A DNA stretch of 64,000 nucleotides from Spirochaetia bacterium. GTDB lineage: Bacteria > Spirochaetota > Spirochaetia > DSM-2461. The notes beneath the pieces were generated by a model. That model did not search any database. It saw nothing but the letters and a program-made list of their open reading frames with translations, and was not told the DNA's origin. This document shows, piece by piece, positions 57,486-64,000 of the stretch. The position numbers and the translations under genes were made by a program. The stretch lies in NCBI GenBank assembly GCA_963668315.1, contig OY764216.1:480001-544000 (forward strand), given 5' to 3'. Position 1 is the stretch's first letter; every line of letters begins with the position of its first letter.

Positions 57486-58580
57486 ATGAAAAAAAGCATT
57501 GGAGCGTTTACGGGGAAGAAACGTTTTCTTGTCGTTCTGGGAGTTATTGCTCTGGCGCTGGCAAGCTGCGGCGGAAGTTCCGCAGAAGAAGGCGGAACAG
57601 CAGCCGTAGAAACGACCGTGAAGAAACCGATCAAATGGAGACTTCAGTCATACGCCGGTCCCGCCCTGAACGAATTTGTCGTTAAGAACGCCATAGATGA
57701 ATTCAACAAAGCCGCCAACGGCGAAATGGTCATCGAAGTGTACTCCGCCGACCAGCTTGTACCCCAGGGAGAGATACTCAGAGCCCTTCAGGAGGGAACG
57801 ATTGACATGTGTGTCAGCGATGACGACTCCATGGCCGCTCCGGTCGATGTGTCCGCCTTCGCCGCATACTTTCCCCTCGCCGCCCGATACGGACTGGACG
57901 TGGACGTACTCTGGAACTGGTACGGCCTGAACGAGATCTGGAAAGAAGCCTACGATGAAGTGGAGAATGTCACCTGGCTGGCCCACGGAAGCTGGGACCC
58001 CTGCAACTTCGCCACCACCAAACCCATCCGATCCATCGAAGACTTCAAGGGGCTTCGCATGTACATGTTCCCCACCGGCGGTGAATTCATGAAACAGTTC
58101 GGCGTAGTTCCCGTGACGATGCCCTACGAGGATGTGGAGATGGCCATCCAGACCGGTATGCTCGACGGCGTCGCCTGGTCCGGCATAACCGAAGATTACA
58201 CCGTGGGATGGGCCGATGTTACGGACTACTTCCTGACCAACCCCATTTCAGGCGGATGGGCCGGCGGCTGGTTCGCCAATACCGAGTCCTATGAAGCTCT
58301 GCCCGATCACCTGAAAACCCTGCTTGACCTGGCCATCCAGAAGTCCAACTACTTCCGCCTGCACTGGTACTGGTACGGGGAAGCCCACTACCGGACGACC
58401 GGCGGAAAGCTGGAAATGACCTCCATTCCCGAAGAGGAATGGGCCCAGGTAGAAGATGCTGCCTATGCCTTCTGGGATGAGATCGCCACGAAGAGCCCCC
58501 GTTCGGCCCAGATTGTTTCCATCCTCAAGGAGTATGTGGACACGATGAAAAAAGCCGGACCTCCTTACCGCTACGAATAG
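57486..58580 (+). CDS. dctP: TRAP substrate-binding lipoprotein, probably for ethanolamine
   Basis: Lipobox LASC; KWRLQSY; GLRMYMFP lacks the carboxylate-binding Arg; cotranscribed with eutBC. Confidence 0.85.
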   Translation: MKKSIGAFTGKKRFLVVLGVIALALASCGGSSAEEGGTAAVETTVKKPIKWRLQSYAGPALNEFVVKNAIDEFNKAANGEMVIEVYSADQLVPQGEILRALQEGTIDMCVSDDDSMAAPVDVSAFAAYFPLAARYGLDVDVLWNWYGLNEIWKEAYDEVENVTWLAHGSWDPCNFATTKPIRSIEDFKGLRMYMFPTGGEFMKQFGVVPVTMPYEDVEMAIQTGMLDGVAWSGITEDYTVGWADVTDYFLTNPISGGWAGGWFANTESYEALPDHLKTLLDLAIQKSNYFRLHWYWYGEAHYRTTGGKLEMTSIPEEEWAQVEDAAYAFWDEIATKSPRSAQIVSILKEYVDTMKKAGPPYRYE

Positions 58581-58591
58581 GGATTTCTTCT

Positions 58592-58613
58592 TCTCCCGTC
58601 TCAGGACGGGAGA
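58592..58613 (+). terminator. Intra-operon hairpin after the second dctP
   Basis: TCTCCCGTC-tcag-GACGGGAGA. Confidence 0.6.
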
Positions 58614-58631
58614 TATTCCAAAGGAAACAAT

Positions 58632-59174
58632 ATGAGAAAAGCAGCAAAAAAATACGTTATGATTATGGACAGGATCAGTACGGTCACGGGCAAAATCGCC
58701 ATGTGCATCGTCATAGGAATGATTCTTGTCCTTCTTTTTGAGTCGATCTCACGGACATTCTTCAATACGCCCCATATCTGGTCCATTGAGTTGTCCCAGT
58801 TTATTCTGGCCGCCTACTTTATCCTGGGCGGCTCCTACACCCTTATGTATAACGAGCATGTCCGGATGGACCTTTTTTATCATAAATGGTCCCCCCGGAA
58901 AAAAGCGATGGTGGATATCTTCACCTTTGTCGTCATGCTAATCTATCTTTCCGTCCTCCTCTACGGCTCCTGGAAGGGAATGGCCTACGCCGTCAAGTAC
59001 AAGCAGGTATCCTATTCCGCCTGGAAGCCGTCCTTAATCCCGATCAAAGTCATCATGACCTTCGGGATTTTTCTCATGTTCATGCAGTCTATCGCTGAAC
59101 TGATCAAGGATGTGGCCGTGGCCAGGGGCATCAGCCTCGATATGCCCGGCAGAAAAGAGGAGGATGTGGCATGA
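58632..59174 (+). CDS. dctQ: TRAP small permease
   Basis: SRTFFNTPHIWSIEL, EHVRMD. Confidence 0.88.
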   Translation: MRKAAKKYVMIMDRISTVTGKIAMCIVIGMILVLLFESISRTFFNTPHIWSIELSQFILAAYFILGGSYTLMYNEHVRMDLFYHKWSPRKKAMVDIFTFVVMLIYLSVLLYGSWKGMAYAVKYKQVSYSAWKPSLIPIKVIMTFGIFLMFMQSIAELIKDVAVARGISLDMPGRKEEDVA

Positions 59175-60490
59175 GCAATTACGGAATAATGGCCATATTC
59201 ATGTTTATGTCCATGCTTCTGATGATGCTGTCGGGGCGGCAGATTTTTGCCGTTATCGGCGGTGTGGCCACGGTGTTCTCCCTGCTCCTGTGGGGAAAGG
59301 GCGGCGCGGGCATGACCTTCCAGGCCTGTATCAATCTGATGAACTGGTACACCCTTCTGACCCTGCCCATCTTTATCTATATGGGCTATATGTTCGCCAA
59401 AACGAAAATCGCCGACGATTTGTACGCCATGATTCACGTATGGATGGGAAGAGTCCGCGGCGGGCTGGCCATAGGAACGGTGCTGCTCATGGCCGTCATC
59501 TCGGCCATCAACGGCCTCAGCGTGGCCGGCATGGCCGTGGGAAGCACCATTGCCCTGCCCGAAATGATGAAAAGGGATTACGACAAGAAGATGCTGACCG
59601 GTGTTATCCAGGCGGGAAGCTCCCTGGGTATCCTGATTCCCCCCAGCGTCGTTCTCGTCCTCTACGGCATGATCGCCCGGCAGCCCGTCGGCCGTCTCTG
59701 GCTGGCCGGTGTTTTCCCGGGGCTGATGCTTGCCGGACTCTTCATCCTCTACATTCTGGTAATCTGTCTGATAAAACCGGAAATGGGACCGGCCATATCC
59801 GAGGAAGAGGGCAATATTCCCCTCAAGGAGAAGATCAAACTTCTGAGGGCGGCCATTCTGCCCCTGATCATCATCTTTTCCATGTCCGGCCTTTTCTTCA
59901 TGGGTATAACCTCCATCGTGGAAAGCTCGGCCATAGGCGCCACGGTTACCACCCTGGCGGCCTTCTGGAAAAAGAGGCTGAACCTCAAACTACTGGGAGA
60001 AGTCCTCCACGACACCCTCCTGGTCAGCTGCATGTTCATGTGGGTCATCCTGGCGGCTCTCGCCTTCGGAGCCATCTTCGACGGACTGGGCGCGGTTCAT
60101 GCCATTGAAGAGCTGTTCCTGAGTTACGGATTCGGCCGATGGGGCATTGTGATCATGATGCAGCTCTCCTTCATCCTCATGGGAATGTTCCTGGATGACA
60201 CGGCCATGCTGATTATCGTGGCCCCCCTCTACGTTCCCCTGATCATGAAGCTGGGATTCGATCCTATCTGGTACGGTGTGCTCTACACCATAACCTGCCA
60301 GATAGCCTATCTGACCCCTCCCTTCGGTTACAACCTCTTCCTTATGAAGGCGATGGCTCCCAAGGAAATAACCCTGGGCCATATCTACAAATCGGTTGTT
60401 CCCTTTGTGGGGGTCATGGTTTTCTGCCTTGTTCTGATTATGATCTTTCCCCAGATTGCCACCTGGCTCCCGGATATGTATTATAAATAG
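59171..60490 (+). CDS. dctM: TRAP large permease
   Basis: GGLAIGTV, LGILIPPSVV, YLTPPFGYNLF. Confidence 0.92.
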   Translation: MSNYGIMAIFMFMSMLLMMLSGRQIFAVIGGVATVFSLLLWGKGGAGMTFQACINLMNWYTLLTLPIFIYMGYMFAKTKIADDLYAMIHVWMGRVRGGLAIGTVLLMAVISAINGLSVAGMAVGSTIALPEMMKRDYDKKMLTGVIQAGSSLGILIPPSVVLVLYGMIARQPVGRLWLAGVFPGLMLAGLFILYILVICLIKPEMGPAISEEEGNIPLKEKIKLLRAAILPLIIIFSMSGLFFMGITSIVESSAIGATVTTLAAFWKKRLNLKLLGEVLHDTLLVSCMFMWVILAALAFGAIFDGLGAVHAIEELFLSYGFGRWGIVIMMQLSFILMGMFLDDTAMLIIVAPLYVPLIMKLGFDPIWYGVLYTITCQIAYLTPPFGYNLFLMKAMAPKEITLGHIYKSVVPFVGVMVFCLVLIMIFPQIATWLPDMYYK

Positions 60491-60495
60491 AATCT

Positions 60496-61881
60496 ATGGC
60501 ATATACTTTCACGGCGAATCAGCGGACCTACCGGTTTGATACATTAAAGGAACTCATGGCCAAGGCGACTCCCGAACGCTCGGGGGACTGCCTGGCCGGA
60601 GTGGCCGCCTCTTCCGCAGAGGAGAGGGCGGCCGCCCAATTCTGCCTGGCCGATGTTCCCCTCCGGCGTTTCCTGGAGGAGGAGATCATTCCCTACGATG
60701 AGGACGAGGTCACCAGAATCATCTATGACACCCGTGACCGGGAGGCCATGAAAGACCTGGAGCACCTCACGGTGGGAGAATTCCGGGAATGGCTCCTTTC
60801 CGATGGGGCCGACGGAGAAACCCTCGGGAAAATTGCCCCGGGCCTGATCCCGGAAATGGCCGCCGCCGTATCCAAGATAATGAAGAACCAGGACCTGATT
60901 CTGGTTTCCTCGCGCATTCGTGTGGTCACCGCTTTCCGCAACACCCTGGGACTTCCGGGCCGATTTTCCACCCGCCTGCAGCCCAACCATCCCGTGGACG
61001 ATCCCCGGGGCGTGGCCGCATCGGTTATGGACGGCCTCTTCTACGGCTCGGGCGATGCGGTTATCGGAATCAATCCGGCCACGGACAACCTGCCGGCCAT
61101 CAGCTATCTGCTGAAGCTGCTCGATGAACTGATCAGCCGGAACGAAATTCCCACTCAGAGCTGCGTCCTGACCCATGTGACCACTTCGATACAGGCCATG
61201 GAAAAGGGCGTACCCCTGGACCTGGTCTTCCAGTCCATCGGGGGAACCCAGGGGGTGAACGACAGCTTCGGCGTAAACGCCTCCCTTCTGGATGAAGCCT
61301 ACCGGGCGGCCCTGGAGATGAAGCGGGGGACCTGCGGACAGAACGTGATGTACTTTGAGACGGGCCAGGGAAGCGCCCTGTCCGCCGGGGCCCATCACGG
61401 GGCGGACCAGCAGACCCTGGAGGCCCGCTCCTACGGCCTGGCCCGGGTATTCAAGCCGCTCCTGGTGAATACGGTGGTGGGGTTCATCGGCCCGGAATAC
61501 CTCTACGACGGAAAGCAGATTATCCGCGCCGGCCTGGAAGACCACTTCTGCGGAAAACTGCTGGGGCTGCCCATGGGCATGGATATCTGCTATACCAACC
61601 ATGCCGAGGCGGACCAGAACGATATGGATGTCCTCCTGACCCTGATGGGCGCGGCGGGATGCAATTTCATCATGGGCGTTCCCGGTGCGGATGACATCAT
61701 GCTGAATTACCAGAGCACCTCCTTCCACGATGCCCTCTATGTCCGCCGGCTACTTAACCTCCGCCCGGCCCCGGAATTCGAGGAGTGGCTTGTCAGGCAG
61801 AATCTCTTCAGCAAAGAGATGAAGCCGATCGATCAGCTCGGTCCCGAAAACCGCTTACTCAAGGAAAGTCAGAAAATATGA
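60496..61881 (+). CDS. eutB: Ethanolamine ammonia-lyase large subunit
   Basis: RSGD.LAGVAA, RLQPNHP.DD, YFETGQGSALS, NTVVGFIGPEYLY, EDHFCGKL. Confidence 0.97.
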   Translation: MAYTFTANQRTYRFDTLKELMAKATPERSGDCLAGVAASSAEERAAAQFCLADVPLRRFLEEEIIPYDEDEVTRIIYDTRDREAMKDLEHLTVGEFREWLLSDGADGETLGKIAPGLIPEMAAAVSKIMKNQDLILVSSRIRVVTAFRNTLGLPGRFSTRLQPNHPVDDPRGVAASVMDGLFYGSGDAVIGINPATDNLPAISYLLKLLDELISRNEIPTQSCVLTHVTTSIQAMEKGVPLDLVFQSIGGTQGVNDSFGVNASLLDEAYRAALEMKRGTCGQNVMYFETGQGSALSAGAHHGADQQTLEARSYGLARVFKPLLVNTVVGFIGPEYLYDGKQIIRAGLEDHFCGKLLGLPMGMDICYTNHAEADQNDMDVLLTLMGAAGCNFIMGVPGADDIMLNYQSTSFHDALYVRRLLNLRPAPEFEEWLVRQNLFSKEMKPIDQLGPENRLLKESQKI

Positions 61882-62681
61882 GCCGTCATGTCACCCCGAA
61901 TCCCTGGGAAAATCTCAGGCAGTTCACAGCCGCCCGCATAGCCCTGGGACGGTGCGGCGTTTCCATGCCCACGAAGGAGCATCTCACCTTTCAGATGAGC
62001 CACGCCATGGCCCGCGACGCGGTGCACCTGCCTCTGGATATGGAAAAACTGAAGAACGATCTGACCGATATCCTGGGGATTCCGCCGGAGCAGGAACCGA
62101 TGATCCTTCACTCATCCGCATCGGATAGAAGGGAGTATCTGGTCAGACCCGATCTGGGACGCAAGTTAGCCGACGAGTCTCGCAATCGGCTTAAAGAATC
62201 AGCAATAAACACGGAATCAACCGACGTAGCCCTGATCATCGGGGACGGTCTCTCCGCCCGGGCCATGGAGGCCAATACGATCCCCTTCCTGAAGGAGTTC
62301 CTCCCCCTTCTGGACCGCGCCGGGAAAACAATTGCCCCCCTGAGCCTGGTGAGGCATTGCCGGGTTGCCTGCGGCGATGATGTGGCCTATCACCGGCACG
62401 CTAAAATGGCGGTTATCCTGATCGGGGAACGGCCGGGGCTCTCCTCTCCTGACAGCATGGGCATCTATCTGACATGGAATCCCCTGCCGGGCAGGACAAC
62501 CGATGCGGAAAGGAACTGTATATCCAATGTACGCCCGGAGGGTCTGAGCTATACCGCCGCCGCCTCCAAACTGGCCTATCTGATCTCAAAAGCCTTCAGC
62601 CGGCAGCTTACGGGGGTGGATCTGAAGGACGACCAGGAAGAACTGGCGGAGCCGGCGGCAAGGCCCGATCTGCTCGGCTGA
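61878..62681 (+). CDS. eutC: Ethanolamine ammonia-lyase small subunit
   Basis: FTAARIALGR, HAMARDAV, RPDLGR, DGLSA, IGERPGLSSPDS, RNCISN; ATGA overlap with eutB. Confidence 0.96.
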   Translation: MSRHVTPNPWENLRQFTAARIALGRCGVSMPTKEHLTFQMSHAMARDAVHLPLDMEKLKNDLTDILGIPPEQEPMILHSSASDRREYLVRPDLGRKLADESRNRLKESAINTESTDVALIIGDGLSARAMEANTIPFLKEFLPLLDRAGKTIAPLSLVRHCRVACGDDVAYHRHAKMAVILIGERPGLSSPDSMGIYLTWNPLPGRTTDAERNCISNVRPEGLSYTAAASKLAYLISKAFSRQLTGVDLKDDQEELAEPAARPDLLG

Positions 62682-62745
62682 TATTTTTCCGATATAGGCG
62701 ATTTTCCCCTATACGGCTTATGGCGAATGGGTATAGAGTACCTCA

Positions 62746-63678
62746 ATGAAAAATTCACCTAAAGCCTGGGCTTTTCCCGCTTTGGCCCTGGCGGTTCTCT
62801 TCTGGGGAACGGCCTTTCCGGCGGCGGCTTATCTTGTCAATCGCTTCTCTCTCTGGACGATTATGCTGATTCGTCTGATCATTGCCTCTCTGGTTTTCCT
62901 TCTCGTTCCCGGAAGACTGATGACGGCCCGCTATAAACGGGGCGACTGGCTCAAGTTGCTCATCATGACCCTGTCCATGCCCTGCCTCTATTTCCTTTTC
63001 GAAACAACCTCCCTCATGTATACCAGTTCCGTTCAGTCGGGAGTCATCGCCGGTTCGCTGCCCCTGTTCGTCACCCTGGGAGCGGCCCTGTTCCTTAAGG
63101 AAGAAGTCAGGCTGCCTCAGATAGGCGGATTGGTCCTCTCCATGGGGGGAGTCGTTCTGCTGACCCTCTTCAACGGAGGCAACACGCAGGCCGGACCCAA
63201 CCCCCTGCTGGGCAACAGTCTGGAACTGCTGGCCATGGTCTGCGCTGCGGCAAATCTGCTGATACAGAAAGACCTGTACATCCGTTACAGCCCGGCTTTT
63301 CTCACCAGACTGCAGAGCTGGGGGGGCATTATCTTTTTCCTGCCCGGCCTCGCCCGCATCGGCGATCTGAGCCTTAAAAGCGCGGGGCTTACCGATTGGG
63401 CCGTCCTTATCTATCTGGGCGCGGCCTGCTCTTTCGGAGCCTACTTTCTCTACAACGGCGCTCAATCGACAATTAAAGCCTCTTCCGCTTCGGTGTCCAT
63501 GAACCTGATTCCCGTAGTGGCCCTTGTCTTCGGGAGGATCTTTTTAGGGGAAACACTGAACACGGCCCAGCTCATATCGGCGCTGGCCGTTCTCGGCGGA
63601 GTTTTTCTGAGCCAGATTAACTTTCCGGGACTCGGGAAAAAAAAGGAACAGCCGGAAAAACTGCAAAACCGGGCATAA
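62746..63678 (+). CDS. DMT/EamA family transporter
   Basis: About 10 TM segments; LFWG, LFLKE, GN.L.L, IFLGE. Confidence 0.88.
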   Translation: MKNSPKAWAFPALALAVLFWGTAFPAAAYLVNRFSLWTIMLIRLIIASLVFLLVPGRLMTARYKRGDWLKLLIMTLSMPCLYFLFETTSLMYTSSVQSGVIAGSLPLFVTLGAALFLKEEVRLPQIGGLVLSMGGVVLLTLFNGGNTQAGPNPLLGNSLELLAMVCAAANLLIQKDLYIRYSPAFLTRLQSWGGIIFFLPGLARIGDLSLKSAGLTDWAVLIYLGAACSFGAYFLYNGAQSTIKASSASVSMNLIPVVALVFGRIFLGETLNTAQLISALAVLGGVFLSQINFPGLGKKKEQPEKLQNRA

Positions 63679-63746
63679 ATGCCGTGTAAAATTGAAAATG
63701 CGAAAGAGGATGTTGTATAGTATATATAAGTAAAGGCGGTAATCCG

Positions 63747-64000
63747 ATGGCCTACGATATACTGTGGAAGATACATGGTATTCTCATGTCATCCTCTTTT
63801 CTTGTCATGTCAGCGGGCATTACCATATCACTTATACGCAACAATAGGGTCAAACGCTACAAAGCTCACCGGGGACTGGAGTGGTACTCCATCACCTCCG
63901 GCATGATAGCCATGGCGACAGCCATTATAATGGTACAGATATCCGGCGGACACCACTTGAAAGGCGTCCACGGATACCTGGGGCTTCTCTCCTTTTTCCT
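63747..64000 (+). CDS. Cytochrome b561-like membrane protein, 3'-truncated (not in the ORF track)
   Basis: Manual translation MAYDILWKIHGILMSSSF...YKAHRGL...HHLKGVHGYLGLL shows b561-type His spacing (HGxLM, H, HGxLG). Confidence 0.65.
   Translation, partial: MAYDILWKIHGILMSSSFLVMSAGITISLIRNNRVKRYKAHRGLEWYSITSGMIAMATAIIMVQISGGHHLKGVHGYLGLLSFF

Noticed and set aside
59110..60108. 332-aa same-strand alternative-frame ORF over dctM
   Set aside because: Arg/Pro/His-rich off-frame translation with no independent support
1..64000. tRNA, rRNA or other known ncRNA genes
   Set aside because: Intergenic gaps are short and I saw no cloverleaf or rRNA signature; a covariance-model scan would be needed to exclude small RNAs

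Overview
Gene-dense chromosomal window from a bacterium, most likely a free-living anaerobic spirochaete. This is inferred from the Treponema-like mglBAC, the rplM-rpsI-recX order, the 'FANG/WANG' signal-peptide ends and the FGE-fold lipoproteins. It holds about 55 CDS. I saw no rRNA, tRNA, CRISPR, transposase or integrase. Housekeeping and metabolic content: mglBAC with a YesN/YesM/binding-protein sensor, deoD, rplM-rpsI-recX, a dGTPase, two TRAP operons (one with a DHDPS-family aldolase and a GH106-like hydrolase, one with eutBC behind a sigma54-type promoter), GH3, MarR-nitroreductase and Rrf2-TauE. Main highlights: (1) a complete four-gene chaperone-usher pilus operon at 25.4-30.0 kb with cysteine-free subunits and a tip gene that appears to start at CTG; (2) a beta-barrel/inactive-transglutaminase/TPR protein coupled to a 1685-aa Ig-repeat lipoprotein with an internal five-domain duplication; (3) tandem FGE/C-type-lectin-fold lipoproteins that are similar until an abruptly divergent, DGR-VR-like C-terminus; (4) a GNAT-ASCH fusion coupled to an NMP-kinase-like gene; (5) a small membrane protein that copies the sensor domain of the adjacent hybrid kinase; (6) a recurrent -10 box 6-7 nt before ATG, suggesting many leaderless mRNAs. 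All family calls come from reading motifs by eye; no database search was run.
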